Source of the DNA: an uncultured Candidatus Sumerlaeota bacterium
GTDB lineage: Bacteria > CAYMEV01
Reading direction: 5' to 3'
DNA length: 39,272 nucleotides
Assembly (NCBI GenBank): GCA_964389675.1
Contig: CAYMEV010000028.1
Coordinates: forward strand, 1-39,272
The notes beneath the pieces were generated by a model, which worked only from the letters and a program-made list of their open reading frames with translations, made no database searches and had not been told where the DNA came from. Position 1 is the stretch's first letter. Each line of letters opens with the position of its first letter. Shown in pieces: positions 19,410 through 29,924 of the stretch. Position numbers and translations under genes: made by a program.

Positions 19410-20653
19410 AATCCCTTATCCTCATAAAGAATATAAATATTATTGATGTTGAGAAAGAATCAGTACAGGAGAATGCAGATATATTCATTGAAAACAGCAG
19501 AATAAAAGCAATTGATAAAAACTGCAATATGAATGTTTCAGATGCAGAGGCCATAGACTGCACAGGCAAATTTGCAGTTCCCGGGCTGTTTGAATGCCAT
19601 GCACACATGAGCCACCTGTCAGAACTGGAGAAAAATGAACGTGAAAGCATACTCAGAGAATTTGTAAAAAAGGGCATAACCCAGGTAAGGGATGTAGGAG
19701 GCCCCTTAAATATACTGAAGGAAATGAAGGAAAAGATCCGGAAAGGCGGAATATGCGGTCCGGATTTATTCTATGCAGGGCCCATGCTTGAGAAGAGGCC
19801 TCTCCGCTGGGGAGAAATAAATAAATCTATGCCCGGGTTCACTGTAGCTGTTGATACAAAAGAGGATGCAGAAAAAATCATTGATGAACTGAAGCAGAAT
19901 GGCGCTTCCCTTGTCAAAACCTTTGGGAAATTTACACCTGATGTCTTTGAATACCTGGTAAAGAAGGCAGGTGAATTAAAACTGCCAGTCACCCATGATC
20001 CAGGGGCTCCGCTTTTTAATATGGTTCCAATGGATATGGCAATTGATCTTGGTGCAAAGTGTATTGAGCACGGAAAGGCCCCATTGCCGGTTGTCCTCAG
20101 GGATGAAATTAAGCAGGAGCATGACAGTTTATGCTCAAATAATGACCATGCACCCGGTGCAGACAGGGAGCTTGCAATGAAAGTCTTCTCAATGGGGGCT
20201 GATTCAATCTCGGAAGAAAAGCTTGGATATCTTGCTGAAAAGATGAAGGAAAGAAATGTCTTTTTTTGTCCTACCTTGAGTGTATTTAACCATGCAGTAA
20301 GGGAATCATCAGATCAAAATAATGGAATTATTCAGGCTTTAGACCATATATCGGTATTCTGTACTGAAAATATGATAAAAAATGGCGTCCGTATACTGGT
20401 TGGGATTGATGACTGCGAACCCGGAACCTTATTTGAAATGGGTCTGCTAAAAAAAGCAGGGCTTTCAGAGATGGAGATCATAAAGGGGGCTACCATATAT
20501 CCCGCCAGGTGGCTCGGTGTCTTAGATAAATACGGTTCTGTTTCAGAAACTAAAAAAGCAAACCTTTTAATTGTTGAGGAGAACCCTCTGAATGATATCA
20601 ATAACCTGTCAAAAAGCTTCATTACTCTGAAGAACGGTGAAATATTCCGATAA
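19406..20653 (+). CDS. Metal-dependent amidohydrolase family protein
   Basis: PGLFECHAH, GITQVRDVGG, IEHG, ATIYPARWLG, ANLLIVEENPL. Confidence 0.9.
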   Translation: MKSLILIKNINIIDVEKESVQENADIFIENSRIKAIDKNCNMNVSDAEAIDCTGKFAVPGLFECHAHMSHLSELEKNERESILREFVKKGITQVRDVGGPLNILKEMKEKIRKGGICGPDLFYAGPMLEKRPLRWGEINKSMPGFTVAVDTKEDAEKIIDELKQNGASLVKTFGKFTPDVFEYLVKKAGELKLPVTHDPGAPLFNMVPMDMAIDLGAKCIEHGKAPLPVVLRDEIKQEHDSLCSNNDHAPGADRELAMKVFSMGADSISEEKLGYLAEKMKERNVFFCPTLSVFNHAVRESSDQNNGIIQALDHISVFCTENMIKNGVRILVGIDDCEPGTLFEMGLLKKAGLSEMEIIKGATIYPARWLGVLDKYGSVSETKKANLLIVEENPLNDINNLSKSFITLKNGEIFR

Positions 20654-20784
20654 TACGCATCTGTGGAATAATTGATGCAAATTTCATATTAACCCCTGTT
20701 CTTTGAGTGAAATTCTACTTATTGACTTAATCCCAAACAGATATAATAATTAGGATAATCCATTAAAAAGGCTGAAATAATCTA

Positions 20785-23700
20785 ATGAATGCTCAGCTCA
20801 TTAATAAAAGATACAGGATAAAAGGAAGCATCGGAAGCGGAGGCATGGGGCTTGTATACCTTGTTGAAGATATTTACAAGGACAATATGCTCTTTGCTAT
20901 AAAGACAATAAAACAGAATATCATGACTGCCGGCAATAAAACTGCAAGTATCGAAACCTTCAAAAATGAATATGAAATTATGACAAGGCTTAAGCATCCT
21001 AATCTTATCAGGGTATATGACTTTGAGGAGGATTCGGATAATTACTATATAATAATGGAGTATCTGGAGGGCATTTTGCTTTCAGAATATCTAAAGAAGC
21101 TAAATGAGATTGACCTTAATGAAAAGATTGATATTTTCATCCAGATATTAAGGGCACTCGAGTATATTCACAGCAGGAACATAATATACCGTGACCTGAA
21201 ACCAGGCAATGTAATGATAGTTGATAAGAAGGTGAAACTGCTGGATTTCGGCCTGTCCGGTTCCGCACAGCACAAAATAGGGCGACTAAGAGGGACACTT
21301 ATCTATATTTCACCGGAGGCTGCCCTGGGTGATCTAAGCTATTCAATGGATATATTTTCCCTTGGGATACTGTTCTATGAAATGATCCATGAAAGACGCT
21401 TTTATGACCAAAAAAACCTGACCGCGAATACCCTTCTTAATATACTGAGCAGCCGGGATGAATTTAATGCTTACAGGGATGAAAGAATTAAATTAATCAA
21501 AAATGAATCATTGAGAACTATAATATATCAAATGACCTCCTATGAAAAAGAGGAAAGGTTTCTGGCATGTTCAGAGATCATATCAGAAATAAATGGAAGA
21601 CTGGGATGCAGCTATGAATATGAAACCAGGGATACAAAGCTTAGCTATGTTCTTGGAAATGCATTCGCAGACAGAGAAAGGGAGTACCATGTACTTACCG
21701 ATAATATAAGCAGGCCTGAAAGGGATAAGATGACTGTTTTCATCGGTCCTCCCGGGGCAGGTAAAACAAGGCTGTTCTTTGAATTCAAGAAGTACTGCAG
21801 ATTGAATGAGATACCATTCTTTGAAAGCAACTGCATGGAAGCAGAGTTCAGGAAATATTATTCTATCGGGGAGATCCTGATCCAGATGATGACTTTTTCA
21901 TCAATGGGCCTGATGGAACGCTTCGGCAGATATCTGAAGCTTATACTTCCTAAAAGCAGAAGGCTTGCTAAATATGAAGCGCCTGATATCGGTGATGATC
22001 CCAAAAAAATGAAAGATATAATAATTCATAATATTTCAGATTTTATCCATGAGTTTGCAAAAGAGCAGGGCAGAACCACAATAATCTATTTCAATGATAT
22101 CCAATGGATTGACAGCGGTTCAGAGCTGATCCTTGCTAACCTTCTGCACAGGATGATAAACCAGGGCATAAAGAGCCGGAATATACTCATATACGCCAAT
22201 ATCAATGAAAAAAGGCTTTCAGAAGATTCCGGGCTGATAGAAATATTAAAGCTGAAAGGAGTTAAAAGCTACAGAATGTCTCCACTTGATTTTGACGGAG
22301 TTAATGAATATGTTACCAATATTTTTGGCCACAGGTTCACAGATATAAGCATAAAAAGATCCGTCAAAAATATGAGGAATATGGTAGGCGGTTCACCTCT
22401 GCTGCTGGAGGCTCTGATAAGGTCCCTTATTGAAGCTGATCTAATAGTGAAGGATAAGATATACTGGAAATTATTAAAGCCTCTTGATAAGGTCCAGGTA
22501 CCAAAAGATATAATCGATATACTGAAAGAGAAGATACAGGTGATTTTCAGGGATGATGCAAAAAGGAAGATATTGAAGATAATGTCGCTTCTGCGGATTG
22601 ACGTCCATCTCGGTATCATCAAGAACATTGTATCAAAAATTTCCAGTATTGACACTGCCAGGATACTGACTGAGCTGGAAAGCCTCGAGATACTTCAGGA
22701 AATCGAGATCAGCGGCAGTATCAGCTACAGGTTCAGTGGCAGCCTGGTTAAGGAGATGATCAGGGAAGGGATAGCCAATAAAGCTGAGCTGAGCCTTTTT
22801 CTTGCAGATACACTTGAAGAATGTGTGTCTGATAATGAGGACTATACAGAGGAGATTGCATATCAGTTCTTAGAGGGTGAAAATTGGGGAAAATCGATCA
22901 TCTTCTATGAAAAATGCGGAGATAATGCCAGGAGACAATATTTCAACAAAGAAGCCTTAAAGCATTATGAGACTGTTTTGATTCTGCTGAAAAGCAGTAA
23001 AGAGAGAGACATCAAAAGGGAAATAAGGATAAAATTAGAAACTGGAAATATATATGAACTAACAGGAGACTGGAATAGGGCTGAGAAGCTTTATTCTGAA
23101 TGTATCTCATTATCAGAAAAAATAAACGACAAAAAGCTCCTGGCAGGATCATATCTGAATTATGGGGAAATGATGTCTTCAAAAGGCAATTTTGCTGAAG
23201 CGCTTGAGTTTTATGATTTATCAGGGGAGCTTTATGAAGAGCTGGATGATAAGACAGGATTAGTAAAAGTTATGGGGAATATGGGGATAGTATACAATGA
23301 TCTTGGAGATTATAATAAAGCCTTGGAAGTGCTTGATAAAAAGATAAGCCTGTCCATAAAGACCGGGGCTAAGAAAAGCCTTGGCACCGCTATTGGGATT
23401 ATGGGGTCTGTTTATGCCAATTTAGGGTTGTATTCAAAAGCTCTTGAGTGCTATGAAAAATTCAGGAGTATTGCCGAAGAAACAGATGATAAGCGTGCTA
23501 TAGGTATAGCTGTTGCTAATATGGGAATAATATATTATAGAATCGGAGATTTCTCCAAGGCATTAGAGTGCTGGGAAATTGATAAAAAAATCTGCGGGGA
23601 GACAGGAGATAAAAGGGGCCTGGGTATTACCATTGGCAATATAGGGCTTGTCTACAGGGCTCTGGGACGCAATTCTGAAGCACTAAAATGCTATGAGTCA

Positions 23701-24486
23701 TACAGGAATTTAGCAGAAGAGATGGGTGATAAAACTGGTGTAGGAAGCACATCAAATAATATGGGGAACCTTTACCGCCTGCAGGGCGAGTATGAAAAAG
23801 CTCTCGAATGCTACAAGATCAAGAAAAAAATGGCAGAAGAAACTGGAGAAAAACGCGGTATCGGAATAGCCATCGGAAATATGGCTGTATTATATCATTG
23901 TCAGGGAGAATTTGACAAAGCTATTGAAAATTTTAAGATCCAGGGAAAAATATTTGAAGAAATAGGATATAAATGGGGGCTTGCAGTTTCAATAGCAGGG
24001 ATCGGTGAGGTCTATTTTTCCATGGGTGACTATGAGAGTGCCCTGGAATGCCAGGATAAAGCAATTGAACTGTTTGAAGATCTTGAACTGAAGGATGATG
24101 ATTATTTGGCTACAATTCTAAAGAAGTCAAAGAGCCTGTATTTTCAGAATAATATCAGGGAATGCAGAGAACTTGCCCGGAAGGCATTCAAGATAGCAGC
24201 TGAAACAGGTAACACTTATCAAAGGATCAATGCCCTGATACAAGAACATATTATTGAATCAGTCAATGATAAAGAATCTTCATCAAGATCCCTTCTGGAT
24301 CTTCTTCAGAATGAGACAGAACTAAAAGATGATCAGATAGCAGATATATATTATGAGCTGTATATGATTAAAGGCAGCGAAGAATTCAGGGAAAAAGCCC
24401 TTAAACTCTACAATTTGCTGTATGGAGAAACTCCTACATGGTACCTGGAAAATCAAATAAAAAGGCTTAATGAAAATCAGCATTAA
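20785..24486 (+). CDS. Ser/Thr protein kinase - P-loop NTPase (AAA_16/STAND-like) - TPR repeat protein
   Basis: IGSGGMG, AIK, YRDLKPGN, DFG; Walker A GPPGAGKT, Walker B YFNDIQWID; 40-aa TPR units (DKRG.G...GN.G..Y). Confidence 0.92.
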   Translation: MNAQLINKRYRIKGSIGSGGMGLVYLVEDIYKDNMLFAIKTIKQNIMTAGNKTASIETFKNEYEIMTRLKHPNLIRVYDFEEDSDNYYIIMEYLEGILLSEYLKKLNEIDLNEKIDIFIQILRALEYIHSRNIIYRDLKPGNVMIVDKKVKLLDFGLSGSAQHKIGRLRGTLIYISPEAALGDLSYSMDIFSLGILFYEMIHERRFYDQKNLTANTLLNILSSRDEFNAYRDERIKLIKNESLRTIIYQMTSYEKEERFLACSEIISEINGRLGCSYEYETRDTKLSYVLGNAFADREREYHVLTDNISRPERDKMTVFIGPPGAGKTRLFFEFKKYCRLNEIPFFESNCMEAEFRKYYSIGEILIQMMTFSSMGLMERFGRYLKLILPKSRRLAKYEAPDIGDDPKKMKDIIIHNISDFIHEFAKEQGRTTIIYFNDIQWIDSGSELILANLLHRMINQGIKSRNILIYANINEKRLSEDSGLIEILKLKGVKSYRMSPLDFDGVNEYVTNIFGHRFTDISIKRSVKNMRNMVGGSPLLLEALIRSLIEADLIVKDKIYWKLLKPLDKVQVPKDIIDILKEKIQVIFRDDAKRKILKIMSLLRIDVHLGIIKNIVSKISSIDTARILTELESLEILQEIEISGSISYRFSGSLVKEMIREGIANKAELSLFLADTLEECVSDNEDYTEEIAYQFLEGENWGKSIIFYEKCGDNARRQYFNKEALKHYETVLILLKSSKERDIKREIRIKLETGNIYELTGDWNRAEKLYSECISLSEKINDKKLLAGSYLNYGEMMSSKGNFAEALEFYDLSGELYEELDDKTGLVKVMGNMGIVYNDLGDYNKALEVLDKKISLSIKTGAKKSLGTAIGIMGSVYANLGLYSKALECYEKFRSIAEETDDKRAIGIAVANMGIIYYRIGDFSKALECWEIDKKICGETGDKRGLGITIGNIGLVYRALGRNSEALKCYESYRNLAEEMGDKTGVGSTSNNMGNLYRLQGEYEKALECYKIKKKMAEETGEKRGIGIAIGNMAVLYHCQGEFDKAIENFKIQGKIFEEIGYKWGLAVSIAGIGEVYFSMGDYESALECQDKAIELFEDLELKDDDYLATILKKSKSLYFQNNIRECRELARKAFKIAAETGNTYQRINALIQEHIIESVNDKESSSRSLLDLLQNETELKDDQIADIYYELYMIKGSEEFREKALKLYNLLYGETPTWYLENQIKRLNENQH

Positions 24487-24581
24487 AAAAAGGCATAATT
24501 GCAGAATTTTTCCCAAATTCAATAATATACAGGATAGTAGATATATTCTGCATTAATTCTGAAAGAAAGAGTATTAAGCTT

Positions 24582-26732
24582 TTACCTGGCCTTGAGCAGT
24601 TCAGGCCTGGCCAGAAAGAAATCCAGAAGAGCCTGGGCATCTATCCTGTTGGCCACTGTATTAAAATGTATTTTATCGCTTTCAAGCCTGAAATCCATTG
24701 GGTAGAGCATTCCGGGGTTATCCTCCATATATCTGATATAATAGGGGTATGTGTTAACAAAGCAAAAGCCATGTTTTCTGCTAAGACTCGTGATCAGCTC
24801 AAGCTGGGCCTCCTCAAGAGGATAATAAATGAAGGATTTATCCAGGCCGGGGTATGCCTTTGCAGAGTATACTATAAGGGTAATACCATTTTTCTTCGTT
24901 ATTTCTGCAAGCTTTTCAATAGCATTGGCAAAGCCCCTTGCTCCGGACATATACCTGTATTCTTCCATAATCTCAGGATTTTCCTCAGATCCTGAATAAG
25001 CTAAAGTATCTTCGTCGTAATAGCCCATAAGCATCTTATATCTGGAATATATGAAATCAAATATGTATAATTTTCTTAATGCTGCAGAGCTTCTTTGTTT
25101 TTTCATAAACAATGGGGTATCATAGTCATTATCGAAAAAATGAAGAAGCACTATGTCGGGAGAATATGCAAGAGCCTTGTTGATAAAAAGATCGGTTTCC
25201 ATGGCAGTATTATATCCTGGGACACCGAAATTCATGACCTCATATGTCTCGGGCCCAGACCTGCTGTTTAATTCTTTTTCAAGTATCTTCATGGTAGTAT
25301 CATTAAAGTTTATACCCCAGCCAAACATGCAGGAATCGCCAAGCCCGGCTATCCTTACACAGCTTTCCCCCTTCTTAAGGCTGTATTCAAAATCCCTCCA
25401 TCCTCTGGAATTTGTAAAAAATGGAACTCCTGCAAAATAGCCTTTCAGGTCCGGTTTGAGTTCATAGACCATTCCTTTGTGAGGGCTTGCCTTAACCATT
25501 CCTTTAAGGCTGTAAATACGTTCATTTCCGTTGAATTCAGCTTCCCCTGATTGCTCAAGGAGTGTCTGAAGGTTCCCCTGCCGGTTTTCCCCAAGATAAA
25601 GAAATATCCTTATACAGCCTTCCAGGACAATCAAAATGAATAATACAGCTGACAGAATTAGTGCTGTATTGACTGCATAATCCCTTATCAGCCTTTTTAT
25701 ATTATGCCTGTGCTCCAGGATATTTTTACATATTATTAAGCCCAGCAGGATAAGCCATGATAAAAGCCATAATTGCAATGTGATAAAGGATAGGGCAGTT
25801 ATTACCGCCACACCGGGCTTGTCTGTATAAAGATGGAGCTGCGGGATGCCCCTCTCTATGCCTTCAGGCGGTTTCCAGAAAAGCTTCATCTCATAATCCC
25901 CGTCCCCCTGGAAATAGACGATTCTGATCTTATGGAAGCCCTTTTCCATGTATAGTCTGCCCGAATGCCTGCGCGGGGCATGAAACCCACCGTTATTTAC
26001 CACGAGGGCTTCATTGATATAGACAAAAGAACCGTCATCTGACCTGGTGGAGAATATGTAATCCCCTCTTTTGTCTATCCTTATCCAGCCTTCCCAGATT
26101 ATGCCGAAATTTTTCTGGGGAAAAGATCCAGGATTACTGCTGATTCTCTCAAGGCTTATTCTTTTCTCCCTTGCTTTAGTTAAAGGTTCTGATGAGAAGT
26201 CCACAGAACCGTAATATTCAGCATTAAGCCCCCTGGGTGGAAAGATCCAGAGCAGGGGCAGGCCTGCTATGATCATTATGACAGTTCCCAGGCATGCAAT
26301 ATAGATGTACTTCTTCCTCACATAGCGCAGTATGTTAAATAAAAATAAAAAGCCAAGAGCTCCTGTTATATATGGAAGAAATCTGTTTATACTGCCGGTC
26401 ATGCTGGTCTCAAGCCTCATGAAATACAGAAGCAGGAGATACAGCGGGGAATGAAGAATTGCGATCCTGCGGATGTTCTGCTTCTCTGAAATGCCGGGAG
26501 CTGATATCCTGATAAGAAGGAATTTTAAGAAAAAAAAGACAGCCATCCCCAGGATGAATCCGGCAATCCCGAAAGCAAATATTTTTAATGCTATATTGCT
26601 GTAATTTGATTTGTCATGTGCATTATTGACAATTATTATGATAAACATGACTGCCCAGGCCCCGGATACAAAAAATGCAGCCTTTTTATTTAATTTTTGC
26701 CAGATAAAAAAAGAATTAAAGAAACTATTCAT
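24582..26732 (-). CDS. Multi-pass membrane protein with PA14 and SGNH/GDSL hydrolase domains
   Basis: WEGWI...G.Y.F.TRSDDGS, GFHKIRIVYFQ; GLGDSCMFG, NFGVPGYNT, DKIHFN. Confidence 0.85.
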   Translation of the reverse strand: MNSFFNSFFIWQKLNKKAAFFVSGAWAVMFIIIIVNNAHDKSNYSNIALKIFAFGIAGFILGMAVFFFLKFLLIRISAPGISEKQNIRRIAILHSPLYLLLLYFMRLETSMTGSINRFLPYITGALGFLFLFNILRYVRKKYIYIACLGTVIMIIAGLPLLWIFPPRGLNAEYYGSVDFSSEPLTKAREKRISLERISSNPGSFPQKNFGIIWEGWIRIDKRGDYIFSTRSDDGSFVYINEALVVNNGGFHAPRRHSGRLYMEKGFHKIRIVYFQGDGDYEMKLFWKPPEGIERGIPQLHLYTDKPGVAVITALSFITLQLWLLSWLILLGLIICKNILEHRHNIKRLIRDYAVNTALILSAVLFILIVLEGCIRIFLYLGENRQGNLQTLLEQSGEAEFNGNERIYSLKGMVKASPHKGMVYELKPDLKGYFAGVPFFTNSRGWRDFEYSLKKGESCVRIAGLGDSCMFGWGINFNDTTMKILEKELNSRSGPETYEVMNFGVPGYNTAMETDLFINKALAYSPDIVLLHFFDNDYDTPLFMKKQRSSAALRKLYIFDFIYSRYKMLMGYYDEDTLAYSGSEENPEIMEEYRYMSGARGFANAIEKLAEITKKNGITLIVYSAKAYPGLDKSFIYYPLEEAQLELITSLSRKHGFCFVNTYPYYIRYMEDNPGMLYPMDFRLESDKIHFNTVANRIDAQALLDFFLARPELLKAR

Positions 26733-26806
26733 TAAAGGGACTCTTATAGCTTATTTAATAATTGATTATCTTTCAGTAAGTTTTATTGTGCAAGCATAAA
26801 ATCAGG

Positions 26807-26890
26807 AAAAAAAAGCAAAACAAAAGAGACGAAAAAAAAGACGACGCACGACGACGCAAAAGGGACGGTTCTTTTTGATTCAAAAAATCA
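26807..26890 (+). repeat. Low-complexity stutter ending in GGGACGGTTCTTTTTG; possible REP-like or mobile-element end
   Basis: CAAAAG(A/G)GACG x2, GACGACGCA x2, A-tracts, TTTTTGATTCAAAAA hairpin. Confidence 0.45.
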
Positions 26891-27095
26891 TTAATACTTT
26901 AGAAACCAGCATGGAAATCAGATGAAAGTAATAAGTTTTAGTTACATGTTTGATTGTTCTTTTTTTCAGCAAGGATTATTTTATTGAAAGCTTAAATGAC
27001 ATTATATAATAATAAGGAATGTATATTGAAATTAAGAAGGGCCATGACAATGGCTTCTTTATGTGTTTTCAGACAGATGATGGCAGGAAATCATT

Positions 27096-27902
27096 ATGGG
27101 TAATATAAAGGATTATTATACAGACCAGTTTTCTGAAGAAGGGCGATTAGCAGAAAACCTTCTCTCCCTGGAATGGATAAGGACCATAGATATCCTTGAA
27201 AGGTACCTGCCGAAAAAAAGATCTGTCATCTATGATATAGGCGGCGGGACAGGAAAATACTCGGAATGGCTCCTAAAAAAGGGACATGAAGTCCATCTGG
27301 TGGATATTGTCCCGAAGCATGTTGAGCTTGCAAAAAAGCGGATGAAGTGCTATGTCGGATCAAAACACAGTGCTGTCACCGGGGATGCTCGAAAAACAAG
27401 TTTTGCTGATAGCAGTGCAGATGCAGTATTGCTGCTTGGGCCTTTATACCATTTCCAGGGAAAAAAGGACCGACTTCAGGTGCTTGGTGAAACAAAGCGC
27501 ATATTGAAGCCGGGAGGCATCATGATATGTGCGATCATTTCCAGATTTGCCTCATTTATTGACGGGCTTGACAGGGGTTTTATCCATGATCCGGCCTTCA
27601 GAAAGATTATTGCCGGAGATTTGAAAAACAGCCGTCATAAAAACCCGACCTCCAATCCGGAATATTTCACAGAAAGCTATTTCCAGCATCCCTTTGAGCT
27701 GGAAGAGGAGATCAGAATATCAGGATTCAGAAAGATCAGATTGATCTCTGTAGAGGGGATTATGTGGATTCCCGGGGATCTGGACGCACTGGCGAATGAC
27801 CTTGAGGCATGGGAGGCAGTACTGGGTTTTTTGCGCGAAATCGAAGAAGACAGGAGTATTATCGGAGTAAGCCCGCATATCATTGGTATCGGTGAAAAAT
27901 AA
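27096..27902 (+). CDS. Class I SAM-dependent methyltransferase
   Basis: YDIGGGTGKY, VHLVD, GDAR, DAVLLLGPLYH, RILKPGG. Confidence 0.93.
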   Translation: MGNIKDYYTDQFSEEGRLAENLLSLEWIRTIDILERYLPKKRSVIYDIGGGTGKYSEWLLKKGHEVHLVDIVPKHVELAKKRMKCYVGSKHSAVTGDARKTSFADSSADAVLLLGPLYHFQGKKDRLQVLGETKRILKPGGIMICAIISRFASFIDGLDRGFIHDPAFRKIIAGDLKNSRHKNPTSNPEYFTESYFQHPFELEEEIRISGFRKIRLISVEGIMWIPGDLDALANDLEAWEAVLGFLREIEEDRSIIGVSPHIIGIGEK

Positions 27903-27917
27903 TCTCATGGTTTTTAA

Positions 27918-28034
27918 CAGCTCTTTGAATCAGCTCTGGGAAAAACTGTTCAGGTAGATATCAGGCAATCCATTATCTCCGGGGCAAATACCTGCGAGTT
28001 TGAGATCCGAATCCAGGAAAATCATCTAAAATGA
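27918..28034 (+). pseudogene. C-terminal remnant of a DUF6144/V4R-like protein
   Basis: QLFESALGKTVQVDIRQSIISGANTCEFEIRI..*, preceded by an in-frame TAA, no start. Confidence 0.6.
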
Positions 28035-28136
28035 ATCATTGTCCCGGAATATTTTTATTAGCATAGCTTTTCTATTAATTTGTTTATCCAAACAAAATAT
28101 CTTATCCAGGGTATATAAACAAAAAAGGGTAAAAAT

Positions 28137-29924
28137 ATGGATTTTAACAGAAATAATCTTGATAAATCACTGAGCCCCTACTTAAGACAGCATGAAAAAA
28201 ATCCTGTTTTCTGGCAGGAATGGAGTGATGAGGTGCTCGAGCATGCTGAGAATCAGGGAAGGCTTATACTCCTGTCATCAGGGTATTCCACATGCCACTG
28301 GTGCCATGTAATGGCAGAAAATACATTCTCCAGGGATAGGGTTGCTGTTTTCCTGAACGAATTTTTTGTGTGCATAAAGCTTGACCGCGAAGAAAGGCCG
28401 GATATAGACCATTTTATGATGTCTTTTATGACAGAGAATTACGGGCAGGGAGGATGGCCGCTTAATGTACTTCTCTCTCCGGACAGAAAGCCTTTCTTTG
28501 CATTTACCTATGCACCTGCAGATGATTTTATCCGTTTATTAGAGCATGCAATGGATTTTTACAGGGACAACAATAACAGGCTTCTGGGTTATATGCCCGG
28601 TTCCAGTTCCCTAAAATACATTCCAGATTCAATTATTGATGATATTTATGGATACTATGACAATATCAACAAGGGCTTTAAGGGCATGCAGAAATTCCCT
28701 GCTCACTCCACCATACTCTTTTTGCTGTTCCACTATTTGAAATATAATGATGAAAGATCAGGGCGGATGGCCAAAGAGACTCTTGAAAAGATGGCTACAT
28801 CAGGCCTTTATGATCCTGTTGCCGGAGGGTTTTTCAGGTATTGCACAGACCAGGGATGGAACATACCACATTTTGAAAAGATGATGTATGACCAGGCAAT
28901 GCATATAATGAACTATGCTGTTGCTTATAAGGTATTTGGAAAAAAGGAATTCAAAGTAATTGCTGAAAAAACCCTGGATTATATAGATACACAGAAGGAC
29001 TCATCAGGGCTTTTCTATACTGCACTCGATGCTGATACAGACGGTATGGAAGGAGATACATACCTGTGGCAGAAAGAACAGCTTAATGATGCGGGCATAA
29101 GTGCTGATTTCAGCCTAATCCCATTTAACGGAAAATTTCACCTGATAAAAAATACATTTAATGACACAGCCTCTATTGAAAAGAGGCTTCTTGATATAAG
29201 GAGCAGAAGAATACAGCCTTTCAGGGATGAAAAGATACTGACATCAGTAAACTGCCTGGCTGGTATTGCCCTTTATCATGCAGGCCTTGCGCTTGATAAT
29301 AAAAGGCTTACAGAACAGGCCGGAGCTGTTTACAGGTATTATAAAAAAAGGTGGCTGGAATACGGAAAACTGCAGAATGCTGAATTTCACGGGGAAATTC
29401 AGTACACTGAGCTTCTTGAAAACTACGCATCATTCCTTGTTCTTTCAACCTGTATAGATAATGATGCATTAATAATAAAAGAACTAAGGGACATGGTGCT
29501 GAAGTTTAATAAAAATGACAGGTGGTGCAGTTCGCTTGATACACAGCTCGGGGATATCCCTGCTCAGAGCTTTGACCACCCGGTGCCTTCTGCTCTCAGC
29601 CTTGCAAAGATGGGTATCGAAAGGGCAGGCCTTATACTGGAGGAACCTGCAGGCTCTGACAGCTATACAGCGCCGTATCTTTCAGATTATTACAACCTTG
29701 CAGTCTTTATCAGGGATCATTTTGCAATTATCTTTACAAAGGAATTTATTGCAGATCTCCCTCTTGACTTTATTCAGGTGATAGATGATAATTACAGATT
29801 ATGCCATGAGGGAAGGTGCATGGCTTTTGATTCAAAGGATAAATTCAAGAAATATATTTATGATCATATTAATATGGAAAAAAAGCATGAATCTGGTAAA
29901 ATATGGAGGGAGGAAAACCCATGA
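28137..29924 (+). CDS. yyaL: Thioredoxin-domain protein, YyaL/SSP411 (DUF255) family
   Basis: SPYLRQH..NPV.W, CHWCHVM, DREERPDID, GGWPL, PHFEKMMYDQA, RDEKILT. Confidence 0.9.
   Translation: MDFNRNNLDKSLSPYLRQHEKNPVFWQEWSDEVLEHAENQGRLILLSSGYSTCHWCHVMAENTFSRDRVAVFLNEFFVCIKLDREERPDIDHFMMSFMTENYGQGGWPLNVLLSPDRKPFFAFTYAPADDFIRLLEHAMDFYRDNNNRLLGYMPGSSSLKYIPDSIIDDIYGYYDNINKGFKGMQKFPAHSTILFLLFHYLKYNDERSGRMAKETLEKMATSGLYDPVAGGFFRYCTDQGWNIPHFEKMMYDQAMHIMNYAVAYKVFGKKEFKVIAEKTLDYIDTQKDSSGLFYTALDADTDGMEGDTYLWQKEQLNDAGISADFSLIPFNGKFHLIKNTFNDTASIEKRLLDIRSRRIQPFRDEKILTSVNCLAGIALYHAGLALDNKRLTEQAGAVYRYYKKRWLEYGKLQNAEFHGEIQYTELLENYASFLVLSTCIDNDALIIKELRDMVLKFNKNDRWCSSLDTQLGDIPAQSFDHPVPSALSLAKMGIERAGLILEEPAGSDSYTAPYLSDYYNLAVFIRDHFAIIFTKEFIADLPLDFIQVIDDNYRLCHEGRCMAFDSKDKFKKYIYDHINMEKKHESGKIWREENP

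Noticed and set aside
23100-24100. Periodic DNA pattern or CRISPR-like array
   Set aside because: Explained by protein-level TPR repeats in an open frame
27019-27108. Leader hairpin and short upstream ORF as a riboswitch or attenuator
   Set aside because: Imperfect hairpin only, with no recognisable aptamer consensus
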